Below the pieces are notes generated by a model. It did no database searches and had not been told where the DNA came from. It was given only the letters and a program-made list of their open reading frames with translations. From positions 30,256,001 to 30,320,000 of the forward strand of contig OZ024748.1 in NCBI GenBank assembly GCA_964016885.1: a stretch of 64,000 bases of DNA, read 5' to 3'. How positions within the stretch are numbered: the stretch's first letter is position 1; every line of letters starts with the position of its first letter. The stretch comes from Eledone cirrhosa (taxonomy: Eukaryota). A program made the translations under genes and the position numbers. Positions 13,761 to 26,869 of the stretch are shown here, in pieces.

Positions 13761-14231
13761 TCTATAATATTATAAAGCTGAGTGTCGTGTGTATTATGTA
13801 TGTATGTATGTATGTATGTATCCTACACACCTCCCTATAGTTTGTTAGCTTTACTCTCTCCGTCGCTCTTCCCTCTCTCTATAATAGATCATTCCCCCTC
13901 TCTATAATTTAACTGCTTTACTCTCTCTGTCGCTCTTCATTCTCTATATGACAACACTGTTATAGTTTCTCTATCTCCCTTCAATATATACACATAGAGA
14001 GAAAGAGAGATTTAGAGAAAGATTAGGAAAACTACACACACACATCTACAGAGAGAGACAGAAAAACAGAGGAGGGGAAAAGAGAGAGATAGGCCGTTAG
14101 ACAGAGAGAGATACAATTAAAGTGTTAGTTATTCAGAGAGCGACAGTTGGAAGGACAATGGGACGCGGGAGGGTGTGGTATCTTTGCTGTGGAGTGGTGG
14201 GGACAGGTATACCTAGCCGAGTGCCAGCTAG
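13761..14231 (+). mobile_element. Probable non-autonomous Helitron
   Basis: A|TCTATAATATTATAAAG start, (GTAT)n, GC-rich subterminus, CTAG|T end. Confidence 0.55.
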
Positions 14232-14385
14232 TATATATATATATATATATGCAGAAGTTATATTTAATTTGTTGTTAAATTTCCAACAAACTTAAAAGTT
14301 TATAACTGATATAGAGCACTCAACAGATACTGGAGTAAATATTCAATATATTAATAAATGGAAACTATATTTATAAAACCATAAT

Positions 14386-14450
14386 TATTTTATTATATAT
14401 ATTTCAAGGGCAACCAAGGCAGTCTTGGTGCGCTTTCATCAGATAAAATA
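14386..14450 (-). ncRNA. Minimal type I hammerhead ribozyme
   Basis: UAUUUUAU-CUGAUGA-AAG..CCAAG..CUUGG..CUU-GAAA-UAUAUA-UA-AUAAAAUA; 8-bp stem I. Confidence 0.75.
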
Positions 14451-14611
14451 CAAAATTTGTTTTATAAATAGTGACATAGCTGTGGAGAACAACCTTGATG
14501 GTTGAAAATTGTATATATATATATGAAAATTGTATATATATATGAGTCCACTGTGAGAGGGGTTCAGCATGGCCAACTGGCTTGTCCCTCCTCATAGTGG
14601 AACCATCCAGC

Positions 14612-14803
14612 TCCACACTGTAAATGTGGTTGATATTAGGAAGGGCATCCAGCTGTAAAATACCTGGCCAAATTTACAATCCTTGTCAGAGCAAGATGCG
14701 GCATGGCCAACTCTAACCAGACTTGCCGCCCGGTGTGGATGACTTGTCTAACCCATGCACTCATGGAAAAATAGGCGCTAAATGGTGATGATGATGATGA
14801 TGA
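14612..14803 (+). mobile_element. RTE/SINE 3' tail fragment
   Basis: CCACACTGTAAATGTGGTTG...GAAGGGCATCCAGCTG...(ATG)n. Confidence 0.7.
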
Positions 14804-15654
14804 TATGTGTGTAAGTGTGTGTTTGACTGTCTGTGTTTATTTTCTATAACTTAGAAATTTGACAAAAACAGATCGATAAATTAAGTACCAGACTTTTAAA
14901 AAAATAAATATGAAAGGGGAAGGGGTTGTTTACTTGAGTGAAAGTAATAGAAGATGCATTTTAGAGGGGGAGGAGTGAGAACAAATCCAAGCATAACAAA
15001 TATATAATGGGGGTGCGTGGTTGTAGCCAACTAGAGTGAATGTAGTAAGAGTAAAATGACGGGTTAGAGTACAAGTTAGATTAGCTTACGAGTTGTTAAA
15101 TGTGTCAACAGCAGTTTTATCATTTAGGTCAGTAACAAAGAGCAGTGGATTTTTTTAACAGTGGACGACACCACACCGAAAAAGCATAGTATGTAAGTAT
15201 AAATGATACTTATTACATATTACACTAAGCAAATTATAAAAAAAAATATTTTGGTGATAGGGATGGGTGGCATCCCATCCCTATCTCACTTGAGAGGAAA
15301 ATGAAAAAGGAGTGAATGTAGCGAGAGAGCCATAGTGAATGGGCCTGTACCTGTATGATGGAGAGAATACAAGAGAGTGGGGAGATATGTTTGTATGGTG
15401 GAGAGAATAGAAGTGAGAGGGGTCGTGGCCTATAATGCCCCTAGTAATTGGAGTGACCTCAGATCAGTGGGGATTGGAATTCTTTAATTACTCTTGGACG
15501 GTGCCCCCAATTTATTGTGACTTTGTTACCTATTTTTTCTCTTTCCTCATTTTATGTAACACTACCTCACTGTCCCTGTTTTTGGCCTCAGTGGCCAATT
15601 TTATTATTTGTTGTACCTCCTCATCCACTTTGTTTCCTCATAAATTTCTCCACG

Positions 15655-16522
15655 CTTTCATTACCATATTTCTAATGAAAGACACTACCTATATTTAACT
15701 CTTTCGTTACCATATTTCTAATGAAAGACACTACCTATATTTAACTCTTTCGTTACCATATTTCTAATGAAAGACACTACCTATATTTAACTCTTTCATT
15801 ACCATATTTCTAATGAAAGACACTACCTATATTTAACTCTTTCGTTACCATATTTCTAATGAAAGACACTACCTATATTTAACTCTTTCGTTACCATATT
15901 TCTAATGAAAGACACTACCTATATTTAACTCTTTCGTTACCATATTTCTAATGAAAGACACTACCTATATTTAACTCTTTCGTTACCATATTTCTAATGA
16001 AAGACACTACCTATATTTAACTCTTTCGTTACCATATTTCTAATGAAAGACACTACCTATATTTAACTCTTTCGTTACCATATTTCTAATGAAAGACACT
16101 ACCTATATTTAACTCTTTCGTTACCATATTTCTAATGAAAGACACTACCTATATTTAACTCTTTCGTTACCATATTTCTAATGAAAGACACTACCTATAT
16201 TTAACTCTTTCGTTACCATATTTCTAATGAAAGACACTACCTATATTTAACTCTTTCGTTACCATATTTCTAATGAAAGACACTACCTATATTTAACTCT
16301 TTCGTTACCATATTTCTAATGAAAGACACTACCTATATTTAACTCTTTCATTACCATATTTCTAATGAAAGACACTACCTATATTTAACTCTTTCGTTAC
16401 CATATTTCTAATGAAAGACACTACCTATATTTAACTCTTTCATTACCATATTTCTAATGAAAGACACTACCTATATTTAACTCTTTCGTTACCATATTTC
16501 TAATGAAAGATACTGCCTATGT
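15655..16522. repeat. 46-bp tandem satellite, about 19 near-identical copies
   Basis: Unit TTAACTCTTTC(G/A)TTACCATATTTCTAATGAAAGACACTACCTATAT; no unique spacers. Confidence 0.95.
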
Positions 16523-16617
16523 TTATAGCGATTTTTTTTGTTGGTTGGGTTGGTGAGTTGATTGTGTTGTGGTGTTAATGCATTTGTTGCATGTGTGCTC
16601 ACTTGTCGCTTGCTGTG

Positions 16618-16765
16618 TCGTGTGGTCACTGTTGTGTGATACTGTGACCAGAGGTTGCATGTGTGGTGTGGTCACTGTTGTGTGACACAGTGTGACCAGA
16701 GGTTGCATGTGTGGTGTGGTCACTGTTGTGTGTGATACAGTGTGACCAGAGGTTGCATGTGTGTA
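16618..16765. repeat. ~42-bp minisatellite, about 3.5 copies
   Basis: GTGTGGTCACTGTTGTGTGA(T/C)AC..GTGACCAGAGGTTGCATGT. Confidence 0.85.
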
Positions 16766-17440
16766 AGTAAGTGAATAAGATGATGATGATATGATAGTTC
16801 CTTGATCACGCAGAAAATAAATATATATAAATGAACCACAATAACACCAAACCGCTATATTATTAATTTATTGAAAATAATTCACGCTGAAGCTATACGA
16901 AAAATACACAAGAATTATGTACTTTATTTGTTTGTTTGTAAAAGTAGAGTTAAAGTCGTATTTACCAAGAAAACTTCATGAACTTCACTGGCTTGGTTAA
17001 GAGAGAGATGAAGGGACAGCGATTGAGTGAAAGTGAGAGAGTAAGAGTCTGTAAGACCAGGAGAGAGAGAGTAAGAGTTTGTAAGACCCCAAGGAGTCTG
17101 TAGAAAGCAATAATTTACATGTTTACTCCATCAAGATCCACTTTGAACTGCTGGGGCAGGTTATTTATCTATGTCACTTCCTATGTCCCCAAGCCTAGAG
17201 AACAAAGGGGTAACCTTTAGAGGTCGTCCACACTCAGACTTGTTGATGTCTGAAAGGAGATAACCCCAAAAATGACCGTTAAATATCACCCAGGGGTCAA
17301 GGTGTGGACAGATTTTGCTACATGTTTCTTTCATAAAATAATGAAAATTATGCTTGAACTGTGTAGACATATTTTCTTGGGGCTCTGCAGTTTTAAAGAT
17401 TAGAAATGTAAAATTTATGTTTAGAATTAAAAGATGTCAT

Positions 17441-17740
17441 TTAAGATAAGATTAGAAAAGTAAGATTTAGGTTTAAGGATTTTTTGGTTTTCTTCATTTC
17501 ATCAATTTTATTTTTAAAGCTTTTTAGATAATCCTGGCCTCTGAAACGGTTTTCCTTAAATTTTATACCTTGTATGATACTGGTTAGTTCATTCTCGAAC
17601 TCTGCTAAAAGTTTATTAAAAGGCGGGTTTTTCATAGATTTAAAAACAAGGTCAAAATTATATGTTGAATTATTTCTTCCGTCATTTGATTTTCTATCAA
17701 AATGGTAGGCACATCGTCGGAGTCTTCTTATAAAAGAATC
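17441..17740 (-). mobile_element. Penelope-like N-terminal fragment
   Basis: FIRRLRRCAYHF...FKSMKNPP...FENELTSIIQGIKFK. Confidence 0.55.
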
Positions 17741-18705
17741 AGCAATTGCTGAGGGAGCACACATTTCCGGTGTTATGACATTCTTTGGAAAGGCATCCCT
17801 GTAGGGAGGGTCCTAAGTGGGCCAACTGAATGTTGAGATCCTCTCTTCGTATGGCTTTGCGGATAACGCTGGTGGTTTTCTCATCCAGGTATGGGATTTC
17901 GAGGAAGCATTTATCTCTCATATTTTGTTGCCTCCTGCGCTTGGGGTCTCTTATTCTGTTGGTGAAAGATGCTGGAAATCCATTGGCCTCCAACACCCTG
18001 TGGAATTGCTTGGCATGGGTGGCGCCACTCAAGGGATCACTGCATCTGTCTTTTATCCACTTCATCTCATTTGTGATGTATCCCCTTTTGGCACTAAGAG
18101 CAGACTTGAAGTGGACGAACAGGTCCCTGCAGGCCACCTGTGGTAGAAGTCTGTGTGGATCCCTCCATGTTCTGTGATGTTAAGCCAGAAATCAAGGAGG
18201 GCAAGGAACCCATCGTCACTGTGGTGCTCTATACTGAAGTCGTTCTCATTCATGTTATTGAACATTTTGTAAATCCCATCAGCAGTCTCCCAGGAAGATG
18301 TGAGGATGAGGATATCATCCACATATCTTGAGAAGAAGGAGGCCTGGGGGTAGCAGATATTAAGCGCTCTGCCTTCTAGCTGGTCCATGTATGAAATTAC
18401 CAGCACACCCGACAGGCTTGAACCCATGGGTAGCCCTGAGGTCTGCTGGTATGTGTGGCCAAGAAAGTCGAAATAAGTGTTGTTGATGACAACAGATAGG
18501 AGCTGGTGGATGTCAAAGCAAGTGAGTCCGAAGCAGTGCAGGCTGATGGAAATTATTCACTCTGTCAGTGTATCGACGGCTGGGAGTGCTAGTTCCGAGG
18601 TGTTTAGAACTTCTATGTCAAGGCTAAAGGCATACCTGCTTTCCCTTCGGGTGTCCGGCTCCATTTGCCATAGCCGGTCCATAATCTCCTCAGAGATAAA
18701 AGATT
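17741..18705 (-). mobile_element. Penelope-like RT fragment, frameshifted
   Basis: PMGSSLSG...RYVDDILIL...FLALLDF; ANGFP...LEIPY. Confidence 0.85.
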
Positions 18706-18707
18706 AG

Positions 18708-19160
18708 CGAAACTAATGAGGAATCTGCAGATACCCCACACTGACTATACCTTCAGATTTATACCGATTATTATTGGAGCTCTAGGATATGTTACTAACT
18801 GCCTCAGTACAAATCTTGAGAAGCTGGGCTTCACACAACCAGAAAGAACACAACTAGTTAGAAAATTACAAGTACAATCCATTAATGGAACAGTCAAAAT
18901 ATGTAAAACATTCCCAAAATTCTGCTTGTAATCACTGCATATACACATGTACAGATACAAAACATATGCACATGCACACATATAACTCAAAACATCCACA
19001 TCTACACATACAATAACATCCAAACCTGCACACACACACACAAACATGCATTCATATTTACCTAGTTGATGTCTAAATGCCAATGAGAGAGTCTTGTGTG
19101 TATGTTAGAAACCAACTCTATTGGTAAAAATTTATAAAATTATGAAACCAAAAGAACATA
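18708..19160 (+). mobile_element. 3' end of REL-endonuclease non-LTR element (R4/Dong-like)
   Basis: FIPIIIGALG...LEKLG...GTVKICKTF C-terminus followed by a 3' UTR. Confidence 0.6.
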
Positions 19161-19215
19161 CATACATACACACACATTCATATATATATATATACGTACA
19201 TATATGTATATTGAG

Positions 19216-19322
19216 AGTTTAAGACTGGCTGTCCATGGGAACTTCTATATGCAGATGATCTAACTCTCATAGCTGAATCTATGGCAGAACTATAGAAGAA
19301 ATTCCAAACCTGGAAGCATGGC
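19216..19322 (+). mobile_element. RTE fragment, left part (interrupted by viral insert)
   Basis: EFKTGCPWELLYADDLTLIAES...KFQTWKHG; continues at 26941. Confidence 0.9.
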
Positions 19323-19364
19323 AGCTTCCACTGGCAGTGACTACAGTGGGCATGGTTTACTTGT

Positions 19365-20828
19365 TTACAAAGTGGCCTGATAAGTAGGCAAGTGGGCGTT
19401 TTCTATCTTCACAATGGTGGAATGTTCGACCGGTTTTTCTATTTTTGGCGGCATTGTTACTGAGAATTGATTGTAATTTCACTCTTTGGCTTCGTAGCTG
19501 CATTCAATTTCAACGAAATAGGTTAAGTCAAATGTAAAGTATATTTGAGGCCTGGTGTTGTTGGGTCGAACCACGACTGGTACGTTAATGAGACACATTT
19601 CTTGTGGTTCTTCTGGTGTGTATAATACTTTGTTAATTACTGTTCTGTTTGCTACCATGAAGTCACCCGATGCCTGTACGTTTATGCCTTCTACTGTGTG
19701 TGTGTTTTGGTGGTCGAATGTAATGTCTGAATGTTCGGTATAATATATATCTTCCTGGGTAGGTTCTCTGGCTCTTTGTCTCGTCTCCATGAACCCTTCA
19801 TTTCGTTCTGTAGTATGCGATCCTACATACGGTGCTGTACCAGTCTCTAGGCAGCCATCCCATGTCATGTCTAGGTTAACGTTTCTTTCCAGGTTGAATG
19901 CGTCGCCTCTTGTATTAGTTAAGCCTGTTACTGTATAGTTTTGGTCCTTGTCTTAATTTTTTTTTCGATCGCATATCTCTCCAGTCGTGTAATTGATGAA
20001 TAAATAGTTGACTTTTTAAAGTTGTTGCTGTTATCGGCTTATCAGAAAATTGGTTAATCAATGGTATTGGCGCGCAATATATAAATTTATATGTAGGCAG
20101 TTCTAGTTCTGCGAAAGTTGTTGGTTGTGTGAGCTGTAAACCATTGTTCGGTAGTTTTGATATTGTTTTTAAATTACCGTGTCCGATATATTTACCAGTA
20201 TCAACGTAGATTTCGAAATACGGTGTTGGTGAATCTATAAAGATTTCCTCGTTGTTTCTCGTTTGGAACTTGCCACATATGATATCATCAATTTTGAAAC
20301 CTTGTTTGGCTACTCTGTACGATGTAGCCATTTGCGTCATGGCCTCCCATTATGTCGGTTTAATCCATGATGTCATCCAGTATGGTACGATATAATCTTT
20401 TGATTCAACTACACCTTTAGCGTAATGTCCTATATTGTGGTAAGATTTTTCCCCTGTAGATGGGAATTTTTCGAATGATACTTTCGCTTCATTCATGTTA
20501 GTTGTTTTTACAACGTTTCTGAACGTTCTCGATATTGTCTATTTTCGTCTAAAGTTTCCCGAGTCGTCTTGGAATCCTGAAGATTGGATGTTTTGTGTTG
20601 AATGACTTGGCTGAGGGTTTGCTTCGCTTTGGCCGCCTTCGTTCAAATCTGCCATCTTTTTATTAGGTAGAGGATTAGGAAACAAAGCATGATAATTATC
20701 TGGATGGGCTGGTCTGAAGATTTGATCGAGTCCAAAATTGTGTTTAGTGTAGATAGCTCCTGCTGATATAATTCCGAACGGGCCTTGGTGTATTGCTCCG
20801 TCGATAAACTGTTTGTCTGCCTCCCAAG
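19365..20828 (-). pseudogene. Endogenous parvovirus/densovirus-like VP capsid gene, 3' part
   Basis: Continues the PLA2 frame: TWEADKQFIDGAIHQGPFGIISAGAIYTK...KKMADLN...DYIVPYWMTSWIKPT*WEAMTQMATSYRVAKQGFKIDDI...YFTFDLTYFVEIEC; three internal stops and one frameshift near 19950. Confidence 0.8.
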
Positions 20829-20832
20829 TATC

Positions 20833-21315
20833 TGTGGTAATGAAGAATCCTTGTTGGATAGTTTATCAATATAGACGTGAGGGAAAGTCCCTCGTCTATT
20901 TACCATTTTCGTAAGTGAGAGGATAGGTACTCCATAGAATTATGTAAACAACAATGTAAATAAGGATGATGTTTATTTTGTCTATTATGTGCTGGTTATA
21001 TTACAAATGAAACAACATACCAATATAGACGTGATCAGTTGAAATGAAGGCAACGTATTACAATTGTCGTGGGTCACCAATGTAACGGGACCACGTCTGG
21101 GTCACCAGTAGGGTAATGAAGAATCCTTGTGGCTTCGGCATAGGAGTTCAGTGTATTGACATCTGTGTGATCTCGTTGTCCAAAGGCCGTTTGTTGTCTC
21201 CGTGGCTTGTCTGAGAAAGTAATACTGCTGCTTACTTAAATAGTGTTCTCAACCAGGGGGAGACAACTAGGCCTGGTCCATTATCCGATAGGGGGGCGTA
21301 AGGCGTCTTACTACA
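20833..21315 (-). repeat. 3' LTR
   Basis: About 10 substitutions and one ~50-bp indel relative to 26126-26659. Confidence 0.95.
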
Positions 21316-21535
21316 GTATCCCCTGCCAGATTTTCAAATCATCGAAAATCGATGTTATTACTCACACGTGGAGTAAGATGGCGAACAATGCAACAAGGGG
21401 GAGCTATTCGCTCTACCAATCGTTAAATCCAGAATAAGGATTTGAAAAATGTTAAAAAAACATGCATGCATAAAAAAAAAGGCAAAAAAAAAAGCAGAAA
21501 CACAGAAGCAAAAAAAAAGGTGCAGCTAACACAGT

Positions 21536-24500
21536 CTAAATATAGACGGTGCTGCAACATTTTTTGGGCCAGTGGACCCTACGACCTGAACGGGTCGTGG
21601 TCTTGTAACGTGGCGATGGTGGTCGTGTAGGGACAGGCGATGATAGTGGTTCAGGAACAGGCGTTCGCTCAACAGGCAAATACGAAGGGGTTCGTGGATC
21701 AGGAACCACAGCGTCCGTGTCCAGATGTGCCTGCTTAAGCCTGTCTATTGTAACTGTCTCCCTGGACCCGTTAATATCTAGAGTGAAATGCTTAGCCGAG
21801 CGCGCTAAGACACGGTAAGGTCCAGTGTAAGGCTGTGTGAGCGGGGGCTTCACAGAATCTTTCCTTACAAAGACATGCGTCCACGAGGCAACATCTCTCG
21901 GGACAGCAGTCTTGACAGTTTGTTTCCTAGTGTCTATTGGCGGCAAATCCTGGAAATAGGAGCGCAAATGGGACACGTAGGAAGCGTGATCTTGGGCATC
22001 AAGATCGATAGGGGCAAGCATTTGCCCGGGCAACGTCAGAGGAGCACCGTACAGTACTTCAGCCGGTGAAAATCCAAAGTCGACCTTCACTAATAGCACA
22101 ATAGGGAGGTACTCGCTCCAACGCGCCGAGTCCATTGAGGCCATTAAGGAGGCCTTCAGTTGTCGGTGAAAACGCTCCACCATACCATTCGAAGCGGGAT
22201 GGTACGCCATAGTTCTGATGCGTTTAGCACCAATTAATTTTGACAGTTCGAGGAAAAAGCTCGACTCGAACTGTCGTCCACGGACGGTAGTTACTGTGGA
22301 TGGAACTCCATAACGAGAGATCCATCCAGACACAAGAGCACGCGCTGTTGTCTCAGCGGTGATGTTTTTCAAGGGGATGGCTTCAGGCCATCTCGAAAAA
22401 CGGTCAACTATAGTAAGCAGATAAGAATAACCGTCGCTGACAGGCCAAGGTCCCACTATATCAATGTGAATGTGCAAAAAACGCGCATCTGGGTTAGTAA
22501 AGGTACCCAGGGGAGCCTTGACGTGTCGATGGACCTTTGATTTCTGGCAAGCGACGCAGGAACGGCACCAAGCAACAATTTACTGCCTCATATTTGGCCA
22601 GAAAAATCTAGCTGATATGAGGTTTACTGTGGCAGAAGATCCTGGATGTGAGAAACTATGTAATGCCAGAAACACGGTCCGACGATGATTCTCTGGAACG
22701 AAGGGCCTAGGCACGTCCAAAGAGACGTCGCAGAGAATTTGGCCAACTGCAGTCGACAGAGGCAAGTATTTCATCTCGTAATTCGCAAACTCAGGCGATA
22801 TAACATCCAATGACTCAAAGGGAGGCTGATCCGCAGCCAAACGAGTCAGATCTATGTCAGAGGGTGACGAGATCGCTGTCATGGGTAAGCGGGACAAAGC
22901 ATCGGCCGCTGTATTCAGTGAACCCGGAATGTGTTGGATATCGTTCGTATATTGCGAGATGAAATCAAGGTGCCACGTCTCTCTGGGCGAGTATTTATCA
23001 GCCTTCGCTCTCAACGCAAAAGTTAATGGTTTATGGTCAGTGAGGATAGTAAATAGTCTACCCTCTAGCATATGTGAAAAATGTTTCACGGCTAAATAGA
23101 TGGCTAAAAGCTCCCTTCCAAAGGTGCTGTAGCGCGTCTCAGCAGGTTTCATTTTTCTGGAAAAAAACTCGAGCGGTTGCTGGTAACCATTGATGTTTTA
23201 TTGTAGCACTGCGCCCACAGCGATATCCGATGCATCAACACAAAGCGTTAGCTTTGCACCGGGTACCGGGTGAGCCAGTAAAGAAGCATTAACCAAAGCA
23301 GTTTTGGCGTGCTGAAAATCAGCAAGTTGAGTCTCGGTTAAAGAAATGTCTGTATTCTTCTTCCGACAATTTTTTTAAATTTTCGTCAGGGAGAAAAGCA
23401 ATCTTGCACAATTTGGCACGAAACGCCTATAAAAATTAATCAGGCCAAAGAACTGGCGTAACTGACGTAGTGAGGTCGGTGGAGGCAAATCCTCTATGAC
23501 CTTAACTCGCTCAGGCCGGGGTCGAATACCGTCAGCATCGATGACGTGACCCAAGAAAGTCAGTGACTCAGCACCAAAAACACATTTGGGTGCATTAATC
23601 TGCACGTTATACGCCTTCAATCGGCGGAAAAGAAGATTTAAATGGTGCGTATGTTGTTCTTGAGAAGAACTAGCAATGAGCAGGTCGTCAATATATGTAT
23701 AGACGAAATCGAGGCCACGAGTAACCTCACCCATAAACCGCTGAAACGTACTAGCGGCATTCCTTAATTCGAACGGCATGGTCAAAATCTCAAATGACCC
23801 AAATGGCGTAACTATAGCCGTTTTTGGAATGTCATTTTTATGGACAGGAATTTGATGGTACGCACGAATTAAATCTAGTTTGGAGAATACCTTGCATCCC
23901 TGCAACGAAGACGCAAAGTCTTGCAGATGAGGGATAGGATAACGGTCCGGTTCCGTTATTGAATTTAAGCGTCGATAATCTCCAGTAGGTCTCCAATCGC
24001 CAGTCGCTTTCGGTACCATGTGTAATGGGGACGCCCACGGGCTCGTGGACGGACGAATAATTCCCAACTGCAGCATATGATCAAACTCTGATCGTGCTGC
24101 TTTGAGTTTGTCCGGAGGCAAGCGACGAGGACGAGAAAAAACGGGAGCACCAGTTGTAGTTATGAAGTGCTCCGTGGTATGAGTTGGCTCATCAACTCGA
24201 AAATTTCCCTGAGTCAGTTGCGGGAACGAGTTCAACAACGCATGGTAAGTATCGCCGGTGTTAGCAAGAAAAAAGGTCGGGCTAACCGTTGGAACTCCTG
24301 CTGCCTTGCCAACAACAGTTAAACCAGTGATGTCATCAATTAGGCGTTTACGACGGAGGTCCACCGTCAATGAAAAATGGTGGAGAAAATCCGCGCCTAG
24401 AATCGGATACGGCAAGGCAGCGACAGTAAAAATCCATTTAAACTCACGCCGCAGATTACAGAACTGCAAAGGTAGCGAGATTTGTCCGAAAGTTCGAATC

Positions 24501-24715
24501 GGCGAACAATTTACTGCCTGCAACTCAATAGGTGACTCAGGGGGAGTCTCCTTCATACAACAAACAGGCCATATTGAACAAACTGCACCTGTGTCAACCA
24601 GAAAGGCTCTACCTGATAGCAGGTCCTCAATGAAAAAGTGGCGGTTGGATGATGTTTCGCAGAGCGCACTATCCGCCGTTAGTGACTCTGGTCGTCGTTT
24701 CCCTCGTAAGCACAA
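21536..24715 (-). pseudogene. Gypsy pol (PR, RT, RNase H, IN), disrupted
   Basis: FLVDTGA; LDLIRAYHQ; YIDD; FGRELLAIY; HIDIVGP; NGMVERFHR; PYTGPY; stops and frameshifts. Confidence 0.9.
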
Positions 24716-25459
24716 GGAGGCCTACAACGGGCGGCTTTGTCACCATATTTGTCATGGTAATAACAATATGGTGGATTTGAAGATTTGGAAAGGCTACGGT
24801 GGCGAGGAGTAGAATAAGATCGTGAGCGGCTCCTCTGCCGTCCAAAAGACCTGAGTTCCTGGCACAACTCCGCCATTTGACGAGTCATGGCTTCCATTGT
24901 TTTGACCAACTTCTCATCACTCGCTGATGAGCGTGATTGAGGAAGAGAAGAGGAAGCAACGTACTTTTGCTTCGAAGTGTCTCTCTTCGTCACTTCTACT
25001 ATTTTGTCGGCAGAGACAGCAATGTGGTCGAGTGTGTTTAACTCTAGCATATGGGCTAGGATCGCCTGTACCTCTTGAGGTAGGCGAGAGAAGAACAATT
25101 GCTTCAGGAAAGGGCTATCCTGATCTTGGGAATCACTCAATTCCCGCAAATGCCGGAGAAAAGCGGTAGGGGTTCTGTCAACTAGTCGTTCGTCCTAGAT
25201 CAATGACCGAAAACGACTCTCTACCGATTTACAGTTCCTTCTCAAGATCTCGCCTTTTAAAGAATCATACGTTAAGTCAGAGGGGGGGGGGGTCTGTAAT
25301 TAGGTCTTGGACCGAATCTGCTAAATTAGGGAGAAGTCCGCTAATCAAGACAGCGAGGCGCTGGTCAGACTCGGTCTTACAGACCGTAAAATACGCCTGT
25401 AGCTGGGCGAACCACAGCTTAGGGTTTCCGGTAAAGGCGGGCAAATGTGGCGTATTCAT
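24679..25459 (-). pseudogene. Gypsy gag, frameshifted
   Basis: LPAFTGNPKLWFAQLQAYF...FFSRLP...[18 protein letters not shown] (CHCC motif). Confidence 0.85.
24697..24703 (-). promoter_or_regulatory. Putative -1 frameshift slippery site G GGA AAC
   Basis: XXXYYYZ in the gag frame, pol in the -1 frame, downstream stem AGAGTCACTA/TAGTGCGCTCT. Confidence 0.7.
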
Positions 25460-26111
25460 TGTGAAACGAAAAAAAAAAATAGAAACAGCAATTAATGTTC
25501 CCTCGTACAGGGAAAAGTAAACACCCAAAATGGAAAAAAAAAAATCAAAAGTCAAAAAGAAACAGACATTCAAAACATTAGGAAATAGCAAAAATACATA
25601 AAGTACATATATATATTTTTTTTTAAAAATGTTTTCCTTCAACGTCTGTCCCCTTGTGTTGCTTCAACGGGCAAGCCAAATCATATAACCCGAAAAAAAG
25701 AGAAAAAAAAAAAATGTTTGTTTTAGAATATATCCACGTTGGATATCAACAATAGGTAGCCTGTGGTTAAAAATCCCTTAGAAAAAAAAAAGTAAGGTAT
25801 GTGTATCCACTGCGGGGCAGTAATGGTCACAAAAACAGTTTTTCTCTTGATCAAATATGGAACACACACAAGCAATTCAAAATGTCCCTGTCCTGGCGGG
25901 AAAATTGCAAAACGTAGAAGAAAAGCAACGCCATATTGGAAAAATTTTTGGCTGGTTTTTTGTATACTTTGTCAATACTGTATAAACACATTATTATTTC
26001 TCTGTCTTTTTTTTTTTGTGTATTTTTGTAAGTTGCGAAAAGGTTGGCAACGTGGTAATAACAGTGAAATATTTAAGTTCAAATGAATAAAAGGCTGCGT
26101 AAAATTCTTTA

Positions 26112-26124
26112 GTCGGGGTTACCA
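26112..26124 (-). promoter_or_regulatory. Primer-binding site, tRNA-Trp type
   Basis: TGGTAACCCCGAC, one mismatch to TGGTGACCCCGAC. Confidence 0.8.
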
Positions 26125-26125
26125 G

Positions 26126-26659
26126 TGTGGTAATGAAGAATCCTTGTTGGATAGTTTATCAATATAGACGTGGGGGAAAGTCCCTCGTCTATTTACCATT
26201 TTCGTAAGTGAGAGGATAGGTACTCCATAGAATTATAACAAGTGAGTGTGTGTGTGTGTAGACAAGATAATAACCACAACGAGAGTTCTATTCAACAATG
26301 TAAATAAGGATGATGTTTATTTTGTCTATTATGTGCTGGTTATATTACAAATGAAACAACATACCAATATAGACGTGATCAGTTGAAATGAAGGCAACGT
26401 ATTACAATTGTCATGGGTCACCAATATAACGGGACCACGTCTGGGTTACCAGTAGGGTAATGAAGAATCCTTGTGGCTTCGGCATAGGAGTTCAGTGTAT
26501 TGACATCTGTGTGATCTCGTTGTCCAAAGGCTGTTTGCTGTCTCCGTGGTTTGTCTGAGAAAGTAATACTGCTGCTTACTTAAATAGTGTTCTCAACCAG
26601 GGGGAGACAACTAGGCCTGGTCCATTATCCGACAGGGTGGCGTAAGGCATCTTACTACA
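26126..26659 (-). repeat. 5' LTR
   Basis: Paired with 20833-21315. Confidence 0.95.
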
Positions 26660-26858
26660 TATCCTTATAAGGGTCGGTGTAGTGGAGGTCATGGACTTTC
26701 GCTAGTCTATCAAGTTCGTTTAGAGGTTCTTCTTCTAACTTACTTAATATATGCGTTCCGGGACACAGAAATTTGTAGCCTGGTGGATGTAATTCGAATG
26801 TTGATTCTTTTAGTGTATCAGCTGCGCTCTTTTTCTTGGCACCTCTTATCGGTGGCAT
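26660..26858 (-). pseudogene. Endogenous parvoviral VP1-unique region (PLA2 N-terminal half)
   Basis: HPPGYKFLCPGT...EPLNELDRLAKVHDLHY matches the parvoviral PLA2 pattern PGYKYLGPGN...P.N.LD.AA..HD..Y. Confidence 0.85.
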
Positions 26859-26869
26859 GTGAATATTTC

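Larger units (their letters stand above)
20833..26659 (-). mobile_element. Full-length Ty3/Gypsy LTR retrotransposon, CsRn1/Kabuki-like
   Basis: TG..CA LTRs 20833-21315 and 26126-26659; TSD TATC; tRNA-Trp-type PBS; PPT GGCAGGGGATAC; gag-PR-RT-RH-IN order. Confidence 0.95.

Noticed and set aside
15655-16522. CRISPR-like regular array
   Set aside because: Units are contiguous with no unique spacers, no cas genes, eukaryotic context; it is a satellite
19323-19364. Parvoviral terminal hairpin or ITR at the insert ends
   Set aside because: Only a 9-nt direct match (GTAAACCAT) and tiny palindromes; no real hairpin
19479-20340. ORFs as cargo of the Gypsy element
   Set aside because: They lie outside the LTRs and TSD and join the PLA2 segment on the other side
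20643-20906. 87-aa ORF with hydrophobic tail as env-like protein of the Gypsy
   Set aside because: Starts inside the LTR and reads the viral VP gene out of frame
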